Origin: Malacoraja senta | Taxonomy: Eukaryota | Length of the DNA stretch: 64,000 bases | Direction of reading: 5' to 3' | Assembly (NCBI GenBank): GCA_038087875.1 | Contig: CM075990.1 | Span: forward strand, 17,238,001 to 17,302,000 | In this document: positions 35,627 through 48,072 of the stretch, piece by piece | Numbering within the stretch: position 1 is the stretch's first letter | Layout of the letters: each line of letters begins with the position of its first letter | Program-made: the position numbers and the translations under genes | Notes under the pieces: model-generated | Database searches by the model: none | What the model was told of the DNA's origin: nothing | The model's input: the letters and a program-made list of their open reading frames with translations, nothing else

Positions 35627-38076
35627 CTGCGGAGAGAGAGAAACATTAGGAAACTCCCAAACTAACAAGGCTTAGTACACAGACAGCAGCTTAAACATCT
35701 AGGAGGTATCTGCAGGAGGACTTGAGTTTTAAGATTAGTTTAAGTTTAGAGATACAGCGTGGAAACAGGCCCTTCGACCCATTGAGTCCGCACCGACCAG
35801 CGATCCCCACATACTCACGCTATCCTACACGCACTAAGGACAACTACAGATGCTGCCTGACCCGTTGAGTTACTCCAGGACTTTGTGTCCATATGTAGTA
35901 TGTCGTTGGTGCTGTTGTTTCCAGCTCAGCTCATTGTCTCTGTACCCAAGTGGGACACTCATCCTTTGGCAAGTCCATCCAGTGAAATTAGTTTGCAGCA
36001 TTGTTTTCAACACCACAATTCACCAGCAGAGTTATTTGGCTGCAGCTGTCTGGTTTGGTGAGTGAAGATGTACATTGAAGTACTTGTTCTTTATTGAATA
36101 AATGCCACTTCTGCTTTGTAAGTTAACTTCAATAATTGTAAAAAATCTGTGAGGAAAATAGGAAACCCACGCAGGTCACAGGAACGTACAAACTCCGTAC
36201 AGACAGCACCCGTAGTTGGGATCGAACCTGGGTCTCTGGCTGTAAGGCAGCAACTCTACCACTGCACCACCGTGTACTTTAGCCCAGCTAAAGCTATGGC
36301 CTCTTGTCTTTGACATTTCCACCCTGGGGAAAAAGGTCCTGTCTATCTACCATATCTATGCCTCTTGTAATTTGATATGCTATCTAGAGATCTGTACGAT
36401 GTCCATCACTGGACACAGGGTGAAGAGTGGACCAAGATAATAACGCAATATTATCAAAGCTGAATTGTAATATTTCAGCCATTTTGCGCTGGTAATGTAA
36501 TTAGTGTTAATTGTTTTTGCCAAGAGCCCTAAGTGTGTGTGTGTGTGTTAAATCCTGCTCTCTCATTTAATTACCATATATTTTATTCTCATTTTGCAGG
36601 GCTGATGTTTTATGGGCTTTTACACTGGCCCATATAGTCATCACCACAAACCCTCACCTCATGCAAATTTTAAGCACATCAGGTTGTGAAATCAGATTCT
36701 CTGGTGTTATTGAATTATTGTAAAATTGCATTGTGTTTGATTGTAGATTATCTATTTATTCTATATTCTATTATCTGTTGATATGAAAAATAATGTTGCT
36801 TTCTAGACCATGGGTGACCCTGCATGTGGGAGCTTTTCATACATTTTTATGAAGGTCTGATAGTAAGTATAATTCAATGAAGCCAAAGAGCACTAAATAA
36901 ATAATTGGATCTTAGAAAGCAATAAAGATACAATAAAATTAGCAAGTCTACCGTGAGTAAATTGTATGGGAAACGATAGGATTTCAAATTCTGTCTATGC
37001 TTATGGCTTACTTGCAAAGTTCTGACAATTGAAATATATTGCAGGAGCTGCTAGATGTTTATATAAGATGCAGGCATTAAAACAACGCGTGCCCGGGAAT
37101 GAAGAACAAGCAGCTGGTAGTGGGGCCAGTTGTAGCCAGACGCACTGCTAAAGCTTGCATCTCCCCTTGCCATTCATAGTCACATAGTCGTAGAGCACTG
37201 AAGCAGGCCCTTCAGCCCAACCTCCACAAAGGAGATGAGGAGGAGTCTCTTCAATCAGAGGGTGGTGAATCTGTGGAATTCATTGCCACAGACGGCTGCG
37301 GAGGCCAAGTCAATGGGTATTTTTAAGGTGGAAAATGACAGATTCTTGATACGGGTGTCAGGGGTTATGGGGAGAAGGCAGGAGAATGGGGTTGAGAGGG
37401 AAAGATAGATCAGCCATGATTGAATACCAGAGTAGACAATGGGCCGAATGGCCTAATTCTGCTCCTATAACTTATGAACTTGACCAAGGTGCCCCCTCTA
37501 GGCTCACCCCATTTGCCCTTGTTTGGGTAATATTCGCCTCATCTTTTCCTTTCTATGTACATGTTCGTGGCTTTTAAATATTGTTACTGTTCCTGCCTCA
37601 ACTATCCCCTCTAGCACCACCATAATGATGTTCCATATGCCCACCACCCTCTGAATGAAAAAAGTTGCCCCTCCGGTTCCGATTAAATCTTTCCCCTCCA
37701 ACCTATGTTGTCTGGTTCTCGATTCATTTCTGTATCCATGGTAGGTGAGGCAGGTACTATGAAAACATTTAAAAGACATTTGGACAGGTACATGGATAGG
37801 AAAGGTTTTGTGCTCGATACATTGGGATGTGGGATTAGTATAGATGGGGCATCTATACCAGATGGGGCGTGAATGAGTTGGGTGGAAGGGCCTGTTTCTG
37901 TGCTGTATGTCTCTGTGACTTGTTATGTTTGGAGAACTGTGGGCTATGTGCAGGTTGGGCATAGTAGCTATGGACAATCTGCTCCACAATCAGACTTCCC
38001 TTTTCATTCCTTCTTCATGAGAAGAGAATTGAAAACCTCGCTCTCCACGCAGAGAACGTGTCAAGTAATCACTTAC

Positions 38077-38141
38077 CAGAATGGATTTGGTATCGTGTTT
38101 CTTCAAGAACTTTCTTTTGGCAGACGCCTCTCTTGTTGGTA
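38077..38141 (-). CDS. VSTM4: VSTM4 exon 7: IPTREASAKRKFLKKHDTKSIL
   Basis: Acceptor GTTACAG|, donor |GTAAGT, 65 nt, phase 1-0. Confidence 0.82.
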
Positions 38142-38429
38142 CTGTAACACAGAGCAACGACACGCCATAGTTAGTGCAGCCACAGAATGCAACCCTTGTG
38201 TAGTAATGAGGAACTACAGCTGCTGGTTTACCAAAGAAAGACACAAAACGTTACTCCTGATTGATGTGTTTTTCTTGGCATCACTTGTTTTTTCAACGGT
38301 TGCTTCGTTCCTCTATTGTACCCGCCCCAACATGCATGTGTGTACAAAGCCGCAGACATGAACACGGGGCAACACGGGAGAGTAATCACCACACAGACTG
38401 CCACAAAAACCTCACATGCATACCCACAC

Positions 38430-38430
38430 A

Positions 38431-38471
<41 letters not shown>

Positions 38472-38790
38472 ACACACTGACACACACACATCAACACACA
38501 GACATACATACAAGAACACACAAAGGTGGGGACACACATACACATACTGACACACACACATACACATACTGACACACACACATACACATACTGACACACA
38601 CACATATACATACTGACACACACACACATACATACACATACTGACACACACACATACACATACTGACACACACACACACACACACATACTGACACACACA
38701 CAAGAACACACAAACAAAGGTGGAGACACACATACACATACTGACACACACACAAGAACACACAAACAATGATGCACACATACACACTCA
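38430..38790 (+). repeat. CA-rich minisatellite (CATACTGACACACACA units)
   Basis: Directly visible. Confidence 0.9.
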
Positions 38791-40133
38791 TGCAGGCAGC
38801 CACACAGGTACACACTGGCACACTTATGCTGACATTGCTTTTTGAGGAATTGGATCCCTTTCTTGTGCAAACTAGTTTTAAATTCCTTTTACCAACCAAG
38901 TCTCTGGCAGAATACTTTAGCAGTCTGCACTCCTGTTTAGTCTGGGCGTGACGTATTGCTACTGTAAATTATAGAGGTATAATGACAGTGATGGAACAAA
39001 TCTAAAACAGAAACAAATGAATTGGGCAACAAATGAGTAGGAATAATTTAAAATTCAGAAACGGCAGGCAGATACTTGTTGAATTCACAGTGCACTTTGT
39101 CAAAGCCCACACTGACTCATTAGTAGCGCACAGATTGGAAACTATTTACTATTGCCTGAAGAAGGGTCTCGACCCAAAACGTCACCCATTCCTTCTCTCC
39201 AGAGATGCTGCCTGACCCGTTGAGTTACTCCAGCTTTTTGTGTCTATCTTCTGTTTAAACCAGCATCTGCAGCTCCTTCCTGCGGTCAAGGAAAGAGCGT
39301 TCACGTCGCTGCCCTGTTTCCACCAATCTTTCCACCACCACGCACAAGAAGCGCGTGCAAGACGCCATTGTATACAGATGCCGAGAAGTGTGTTCAGCTC
39401 TAGTGACATGGACTCGATAAGAAGAAGCCCCTTCGTACTCATCTATCTTATTATTGCCAATGTGCTTCCGAGATTTCTTGTGGAAATAGCCCTTTGGTCT
39501 ATTGAGTTCTCACCTACCATTAGACATGAAACAGGAAAGGAAACATTGGTACCATCTGCGTCTACTTTGTGTCTAGCAGGCAGCAACACACACTGGTTTT
39601 GAGCTTCAAATATTTTTGCCATAGATTTGAGAAGGTTGTTGGAAGATACAGAATGATGTGCAGATGAAATATGATCTGCCATTTCCAGTTTGTGCTAAAA
39701 GTTCATCCCTGTAGAGATGAGAATATTCAATAATGGATAGATGACTGAAGGAACGCAGCAATCCTGCAGATAGAGCACGGTAATCGGATAGACCTGAATA
39801 TAATTGGCATTTTGCCTAAACACAAAGTTCTGGAGGAACTCAGTGGATCCACTCTGAAGAAGGGTCCCGACCCAAACTGTTGCTTATCCCCTCCATTCCC
39901 TCTGCAGATGCTGCCTGACCTGTTGTGTTCCTCCAGAGCTTTGTGTTTTGTTCAAAGTTCCAACATCTGCAGTTCCTTGTATCTATGCCATTTTGCCCGT
40001 TGGGTTTGGTGAAGAAGGTACAGGACAGGTGAGCAAATGTTCCCTTTACCCCAACCTGCCTGTCTCCTTCTTCTGAGTCCTTATGCTAGAGGCTCGCCAC
40101 TGATGTACACATCGGTGCGCTATTGGAGTGTTC

Positions 40134-40481
40134 AGGGCCTGTCCCACTTTCCCGAGTTATTCACAAATTCTCCCGAGTTTCCCCTTGATTCAAACTCGCA
40201 GAATGTTTGTAACGAGTCCGTAGGAGTCCGTACATCTATCGTAGTGGCTATTATGCCAGCCGTAGGTACTCGGGGCATCAGGTAAGTCGGAACGTTTTTT
40301 CCAACCTGATGAAAAATGTCCACGAGTAAAAAAATATCCCCGAGTACCTATGGCTGGCATAAGGAGCCGCTACGATATATCCACGGATTCCTACGGACTC
40401 GTTACAAACATTCTGCGAATTTGAATCAAGGGGAAAACTCGGGAGAATTTGTGAATAACTCGGGAAAGTGGGACAGGCCCT
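40134..40481. mobile_element. Palindromic MITE, subfamily B (paralog of 15541-15890)
   Basis: Same TIR and interior. Confidence 0.88.
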
Positions 40482-43400
40482 TAAAGTGCGAGGTCTGCAG
40501 TAGTACATGGATTATCCAGCAATGGGCATTGCAGTAGGTGTTGCATTGTCTGTGTGTGTGCCACAGTCACAGGTTGTTGTACCTGCCAGCGTGCAGACAT
40601 TACATTTATTCCAACAAGGAGAGCGGACATGCAGAGCCTCTCCATCGCCAAATATGTTATCCAGTGTACGATAGACCAGGGAGTTGCAATGCCGCCTCCT
40701 TCATTAGCATGGTCTAGGCTGACACAGCATGACAGCTTGGAAGCTGACAATAGTGCAGAGAAGATTTACGAGGGGGTTGCCAGGACTCGAGGGCTTCAGC
40801 TGCAGGGAGAGGTTGGGCAGGCCAGGACTTTATTCCTTGGAGCACAGGAGGATGAAGGGTGATCTTATAGAGGTGTATAAAATCATGAGGGGACAGACAG
40901 GGTGAATTCACAGAGACTTTTACCCAGAGTAAGGGAATCAAGAACCTGGGAACATAGTGTTTAAGGTGAGGGGGGGACGATTTAAAAGGAACCTGACATT
41001 AAAGTTTTGTTACATGTTTACACAGAATGTGGCTAGGTATATGGAACGAGCTGCCAGAGGAGGTCGTTGAGGCAAGTACTATCACAATGTTATAAAAAAC
41101 ATTTGGACAGGTACATGGACAGGAACGAATATGTGCCAAATGCAGGCAGTTGGGACGAGTGCAAATGGGGCATGTTGGTTGGCGTGGGCAAGTTGGGCCA
41201 AAGGGCTCGTTTCCATGCTGTGTGACACTAGGACTCTATGAGTAAAGGAGCTTTACTGATGTAGCATCCTTCTTTTAAAACTACAAGAATGAATCAAATA
41301 GTAATTTACGTGTCGATGGTGAGAAGCAGGGCAGGGATGAGATACATGGTTTAGGTTAGGGCAGTGAGCCAAGAATAGTTTCATCACCAGATTTCCTGAC
41401 CTGTGTGTTAACCAGACATTTACAGCAATATCCTCCGATGCAGCCTGGCGGTTTATTTGTCTGCACAGACTTCTGTTTAAATATTTATCCGTGCATTTGT
41501 ACATTTGTTGCATCACAGCCTGGTTCTGCAAAGTGAACGACCAGGAACAGAGGAGACTTTAGAGAGTGGTAGACACTGCCCGCTCCATCACAGGTACTGA
41601 CCTCCCCACCATCACAGCCATCTATAGGAGACGCTGCCTCCATGAGGCAGACAGTATCATCAGAGACCCACACCATCCCTGGCCACGCTCTTATCTCGCT
41701 GCTACCTTCGGGAGCCTGAAAACCGTGACCTCCAGGTTCAGGAACAGCTTCTTCCCAGCAACCATTAGACTTGATCACTACACAACACTAACCTCAGCAA
41801 CTGTGATCTTCCCTGGACTGTATCTTTGGTCGCACTGCGGACTTTGATTTTGTGCAATTACTTAATCTTACGGACATTAATTTCTAGCAGGTTTAAGAAA
41901 GAACTGTAGATGCTGCAAAAATCAAAGGCAGACAAAAATGCTGGAGAAACTCAGCGGGTGAGGCAGCATCTATGGAGCGAAGGAGTAGGTGAGGTTTCGG
42001 GTCTCAATTATTATACATTACCCGCACGTTATTGCGTTGACGGGCCCGTTAAGCAGAAGCAAATAAGAATTTCATTGTTCCATTGTTAGTACAGATGACA
42101 ATTAATCATTTATGATTCTTTTGATTACGTATATACACTATCTCTCCATCTAACTGCATGATAAATGTGTGAAGATGCACTGTGTAGATGTTACTGTGTG
42201 CATATTTATGTGAGTGTATATGTGCCATGTATATTTACACACATATGCAAACTATATGTGTATAAATGTGCAGGTGAAGTGCTGACATTTGTCATTTGTC
42301 CATTCAATAACTGGTAACATGACCCATGTTTGCAGAGAAGATGAGACTTTTCTATTTCTGCTGTAAATAACTGCAACATGAATGTTGCCGAACCTGCAAG
42401 GTAAATAAATAAAACAGTGAACATCAACTTAATCATTAATTAGATTTCCACCAATTCATTAATAGCCATGTCAAGGGGAGACTGAGGCAGCTGCCAGCAA
42501 TTACAAGCAGCCTTCATCAATCAATTCTTCAGCAGCCAAATAACCTTTATGTGCTTCTGTTGATAGATATCCTAAGTAGTCCTTACTGTTAACTGTGCAA
42601 GCGGGAAAGGCTGGGAGACTGGAAGGGGCAAGGCTTTTATCGTTTTTTCCTGGAATTTACCTTCAAAGGCAGATTGACACAGAAAATTAATCCCAAATTG
42701 GACAGTTCTTCAGTCAACATCTACACATTTAGTGTGCAGACGGATAAAATGATGTAAGGTGCATTTACCAGACGCACATCATTAACAAAATCCAATGACA
42801 AGAAACTGCAGATGCTGCTTTACATCAGAGATAGACGCCAAATGCTGGAGTAACTCAGCGGGTCAGGCAGCATCTCTGGAGGACGAGAGGTGACATTTTT
42901 GATCGGAACCCTTCTTTGGACTGATTGTGAGGGGGGAGGAAAGGGATCTGGGAGAGAGGAGCAACAGCACAGAGTATGTCTGGATGTAGATGAACAAAGG
43001 CAGAGGGGTGATTTGATCAGCAGATTGTTGGAGATGTGGAGACAGGTACGAGCCCGAAAGATAAACAATTGCAAATTGTTAAGCTTAAGGAGAGAAAAGT
43101 TGTGAATTGTGAACCCATCGTAAATGGTTCAAGAAAATCTACCCAGATAGATGAAACCAAGTCACCTCAGGGCATGTTGGGCCAGATGCCTGGAAGCTTG
43201 GTTACAAAGATAGCTTTCAACGTGAGGGTTAAAGGGGAGGGGAAGGTAGAGGGTTTTATGGAATGGCTTCCAATGGAAGGAGATGAGGAAGAATTTCTTC
43301 AGCCAGAGGGTGGTGAATCTGTGAAATTCATTGCCACAGATGGCTGTGGAGGCCAAGTCAGTGGATATTTTTAGGCAGAGATAAATAGATTCTAGATTAG

Positions 43401-43605
43401 TACGGGTGTCAGGGGTTATGGGGAGTAGACTTGATGGGCCGAATGGCCTAATTCTTCTTATAAACAATGCACAGGGCCTGGATAGCTGAAGAAGGATCTC
43501 GACCCGAAACGTCACCCATTCCTTCTCTGCAGAGATGCTGCCTGACCCACTGAGTTACTCCAGCATTCTGTGTCTACCTCTGGAGGAAGATCTACAGAGA
43601 CTTAC

Positions 43606-43712
43606 TTTTTATTGGCACTGGTGGGGGTGCATCGCAAGCTGCAAACTTTTTCATCCTGGATTTGTTTTGGAAAATGGAGGAGCTTCCAGCAGCCGTCATC
43701 ATCGCTCCCGAA
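43606..43712 (-). CDS. VSTM4: VSTM4 exon 6: SGAMMTAAGSSSIFQNKSRMKKFAACDAPPPVPIK
   Basis: Acceptor TTCTGCAG|, donor |GTAAGT, 107 nt, phase 2-1. PPPVPIK resembles PPAVPAK. Confidence 0.85.
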
Positions 43713-44282
43713 CTGCAGAACACAAGGTTTTATTCCACCATTCATTAAGCTCCCTTTAACATTCCGATCTCCACAGAGAAACAGAGTAATATATGATCTC
43801 TAGTCTCTATTTATAGTTTTCACACGTAATGGCCATCGTCCGCAGAGTACTGATCGCCCAGAGAAGTACAGAAAAGTCGCCTCTCTCTAATCGGACAGTG
43901 CAAGCACATTGTGACTTTGTGATATTCTGTAGACAACAGACATCTGCTGATAAACAACTGGATGAGGAAGAACTACCGAAAAATATCCTCTTTTTAGTTG
44001 CCGTATTACATAGAATAGGATATCACAGCAAAAGGCCCTTTGGTCCACAACATCCGTGCCAATCATGATGCCAAGAAAGTAATCTCCCCCTGTATGTGAT
44101 CCATATTCTTGCATTCACTGCATGTCTTTATCCCCAATGGAGTGTTCAAGGGACTCTTAGACAGACACATGGACATGCCCGATCTGTTGCGTTTCTCCTT
44201 GTATGATCCATACCAGCCTACATTTCTAAGTTAATATAGTTCCATTTTAAAAATTCACTCCAAAATTACATAAAAACAGTAC

Positions 44283-44316
44283 CTGCTGTTGGGCCCGTTT
44301 GTCAAGTATTTTCTGG
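44283..44316 (-). CDS. VSTM4: VSTM4 exon 5: ARKYLTNGPNSS
   Basis: Acceptor TTTTTTTTACAG|, donor AG|GTACTG, 34 nt, phase 1-2. Resembles VRHYLVKCPQNS. Confidence 0.85.
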
Positions 44317-44744
44317 CTGTAAAAAAAAGGCAAGAGTTGAAATTCTTCGGACACAAGAGAGTGGACAGTGGTTAAGTGTCTCACAGCGTCAGAGACCCGG
44401 GTTTGATCCTAACTACGCATGCTGTCTGTACGGAGTATGTAAGTTTTCCCTGTGACCGCGTGGGTTTTCTGCGTGTGCTCCGGTTTCCTCCCACAGACCA
44501 AAGACATACAGGTTTGTAGATTAATTGACTTTGGTAAAAATTGGAAATTGTAATTTGTCCCTAGTGTGTGTAGGATAGTGTTAATGTGCGGGGATCGCTG
44601 GTCGGTGCAGACTCGGTGGGCCGAATGGCATGTGTCGCCGCTGTATCTCTAAACTAAACTAAACAAAACAATGAAATGAATGAATGAGTTGCTACTACCC
44701 AGTGAATGCAGCAGATTAAAGAGACCTGCTTATCTTTCACTCAC

Positions 44745-44852
44745 CTCTCCTCTTCTTCCTGTTCCAGAGAATCTGACAGAAGAGAACGGCGGCAAAGAGC
44801 GTCACGGAGAGGATCCCCACGGAGCAGACCATCGTCACGTAAAGATACAGAT
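44745..44852 (-). CDS. VSTM4: VSTM4 exon 4 (transmembrane): DLYLYVTMVCSVGILSVTLFAAVLFCQILWNRKKRR
   Basis: Acceptor TTTCAG|, donor G|GTGAGT, 108 nt. Hydrophobic helix followed by basic stop-transfer residues. Confidence 0.92.
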
Positions 44853-46006
44853 CTGAAACTGAGGCACAGACAGCTGTAGGTCACCAATGGCCCAAACTGC
44901 AACTACCAATTACAATTGTCTGTACGGAGTTTGCACGTTCTCCCCGTGACCTGCGTGGGTTTCCTCCGAGAACTTCGGTTTCCTCCCGCACTCCAAAGAC
45001 GTGCAGGTTTGTAGGTTAATTGGGCTTGGTATAAATGTAAATTGTACCTAGTGTGTGTAGGATAGTGTTAATGTGCGGGGATCGCTGGTCAGTGAGGACT
45101 CGGTGGGCCGAAGGGCCTGTTTCCATGCTGTATCTCTAAACTAAATTAAACTAGACTAAACTAAATCACCTTTGCAATAACGTAATGGAGCACAGAAACA
45201 GGCACTTTGGCCCATCGACCCCATGCTGACCCTACGCATTGATTGGAAACACCTCAACATCTGCACAATCCTCCATCGATCTCTCCTCCCTCCCTCCATG
45301 GTCCATTCATAAGTCACAGGAGCTGAAGAAGGACATTCAGCCCATTGAGTCCGCTCCACCATTCAATCATGGCTGATCTAACTTTCCCTCTCAACCCCAT
45401 TCTCCTGCCTTCTCCCCATTACCCTTGTGACTCTAATCAAGAAACTATCAATCTCCATGCAAAAATACCCATTGACTTGGCCACAGATTTCCACAGATGC
45501 ACCACCATCTGACTAAAGAAATTCCTTCTCATCTCCTTTCTAAAGGTACATCCTTTTATTCTGAGGCTGTGTCCTCTGGTTCAAGACTATCCCACTAGTG
45601 GAAACATCCTCTCCACACCCACTCTATCCAGGCCTGTCCACATCCAATCTATCCTGGCTTTTCACTATTCGGTAAGTTTCAATGAGGTCATCACTCTATT
45701 GGGACCTCATTCCTTCCATCAGGGGTCGAACCTTCTTCAGACTATGTCTCCTTTGAAGATGTTCGCCTCCTCTCTCCGACGAGAGTTCAGCATCGGTCTG
45801 AAGAAGGGTCTCAACCTGAAACGTCACCTATTCCTTCTCTCCAGAGATGCTGCCTGGCCCGCTGAGTTACTCCACCATTTCGTACCTATCTTTGATTTAA
45901 ACCAGCATCTGTTTCGATTTAAACCTACACTGTTCCAAACAGTCCCTTTATGTTCAATTGTCCTCTCAGCTCTGACCAATTTATCTGCCAGATTAATGGA
46001 TTTTAC

Positions 46007-46075
46007 CTTCAAATATTTTCCATTCTTCTTTCGGCTTCCTGGCAATCGGCAGAGTGGAAGTTTCCTGAATAGAAT
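46007..46075 (-). CDS. VSTM4: VSTM4 exon 3 (stalk): DSIQETSTLPIARKPKEEWKIFE
   Basis: Acceptor TTGCAG|, donor G|GTAAAA, 69 nt, phase 1-1. Ends W..FE as in mammalian VSTM4. Confidence 0.82.
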
Positions 46076-46169
46076 CTGCAAGCGATAAATGATTACTTTG
46101 GTTATTTTGGTTCATTTAAGGGAGAGGTGCCAGACTTTGTGTATCAACAGTGACCAGAGCATTTGTCGG

Positions 46170-46600
46170 CACTGGGCCTGTACTCGCTGGAGTTTAGAAG
46201 AATGAGGGGGCCTCATTGAAACGTACAGAATAGTGAAAGGCTTGGATAGAGTGGATGTGGAGAGGATGTTTCCACTAGTGAGAGAGTCTAGGACCAGAGG
46301 TCACAGCCTCAGAATTAAAGGACGTTCGTTTATGAAGGAGATAATGAGGAATTTCTTTCGTCAGACGGTGGTGAATCTGTGGAATTCTTTGCCACAGAAG
46401 GCTGTGGAGGCCAAATCAGTGGATATATTTAAGGCAGAGATAGATAGATCCTTGATTAGTGCGGGTGTCAGTGGCTGTGGGGAGAAGGCAGGAGAATGGG
46501 GTTAGGAGGGAGAGATAGATCAGCCATGATTGAATGGCGGAGTAGACTTGATGGGCCGAATGGCCTAATTCTGCTCCTGTCACTTATGATCTTATGATTA
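46170..46600 (+). mobile_element. CR1/HER1 LINE 3' fragment
   Basis: KGLDRVDVERMFPLV.ESRTRGHSLRIKG...NLWNSLPQ. Confidence 0.85.
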
Positions 46601-47038
46601 TTGTCTCTTGCGAGATGATGACCTGTCCCCGATACAGGAATGCAACAAAGTGTAGATAGGCAAAGTCTACATGGGCAGGTTGGGCTGAACGGCCTGTTTC
46701 CATGCCGTGGTCGGACACTGGGAAAATGGGGCCATGCAGACAGAAGTTAGGAAAGAGATCTCTGGCCAGTGAGATGTGGAATTTGCTACATTGTCAATTA
46801 GATCGAAAGGAGAGGAAGAATGAATCTGCCAGGGGGTTAGCATGGACATGATGGACTGAATGGTCACTTTCTGTGCTATAATAAGTACATTCATGAAATC
46901 CATTCTAAAATTGGTCAAGTAATTGACAACTTTCTCTTGAATCGCTGAACCAGTAAACGTATTTATTCTGGCCTTGTGTGAAGATGTTGCCCCTCAGGTT
47001 CCTATTTGGGTTCTTTACACTTACTATTGTGGGTATAA

Positions 47039-47346
47039 AGGGCCTGTCCCACTATACCAGTTTACCCAAGAGCTCTCCCGAGTTTAAAAAAAAATCAAAC
47101 TCGTGGTAAGTACGTAGAATGTACGTAGCGCGTACATCGGAGCTCCGGACGTCTCTTAGCGTCTCGTAACGCTAACAGCAGGTACTCGGAAAACGCGGTA
47201 AGCTCGTGAAGTTTTTTCAACATGTTGAAAAATGTCCACGAGAGCCCCGAATACCTACGAGCGGCTATTACCGTAATTCTCTGAGTTTGAATCAGGGGAA
47301 ACTCGGGAAAACTCTTGAATTACCTCGTACAGTGGGACAGGGGCTT
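47039..47346. mobile_element. MITE related to subfamily B
   Basis: AGGGCCTGTCCCACT ... AGTGGGACAGGGGCT flanked by TAA/TTA. Confidence 0.8.
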
Positions 47347-47524
47347 TAGTTTTATGGATTTCTGTTTATCATATATTATTTATGTATATTATGTTTACAG
47401 GACTGTTATGCTGCTGCAAGTAAGAATTTCATTGTTCTGTTGCCGTACAAAAGCTTTCTTGATCATTAAATCTTTCACCTCTCACTTGAAACCTGTGCTC
47501 TCTGTTAAATATTTAAAGTATTGA

Positions 47525-47970
47525 TTGTTTCCCACCATTGACTCTATCTACACTTCACGCTGCCTCAGAAAAGCAGACAACATAATCAAAGACTTGTCCC
47601 ACCTTGGCTATCCCTTCTTCTCCCCACTCCTGCCAAGCAGAAGATACAGAAGCTTGAAAGCGCACACCACCAGACTCAGGAACAACTTCTTCCCCTCTGT
47701 TATCAGGCTTCTGAACGGTCCTTCCATAAGCCAGGGTACTGTCCGATTCACCTCTACCCCATTGCGGACATTGGACTTCGTCTCTGGAACTGATGCACTA
47801 CAATGCTGAGAACTATATTCTGCACTCTGTATCTTCCTTCCCCTTTGCTCTACCTGTTGTACTGGAGTTTGATTTGATTGTACAGTATAGTATTACCTGA
47901 TCTGATAACATGCAAAACGAAGCTTTTCACTGCACCTTGGTACATGTGACAATAATAAACATGAACCTTA
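47525..47970 (+). mobile_element. Rex1/Babar-type LINE 3' end
   Basis: PTIDSIYTSRCLRKADNIIKDLSH.GY.FFSPL.PS.RRYRSLK..TTRLRNNFFPSVIRLLN. Confidence 0.8.
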
Positions 47971-48072
47971 AGACGGAGAAAAAGACCCTGTCCATTCACG
48001 CTATCTGTTCCCCTCATGATTTTATTCACCTCTATAAGAGCAAAAAAGATTTGCCAAGAGGTGATCAGTTAT

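Noticed and set aside
42581..42680. Alternative candidate for VSTM4 exon 6 (KNDKSLAPSSLPAFPA)
   Set aside because: The exon at 43606-43712 has better splice sites, correct phases and the PPPVP motif.
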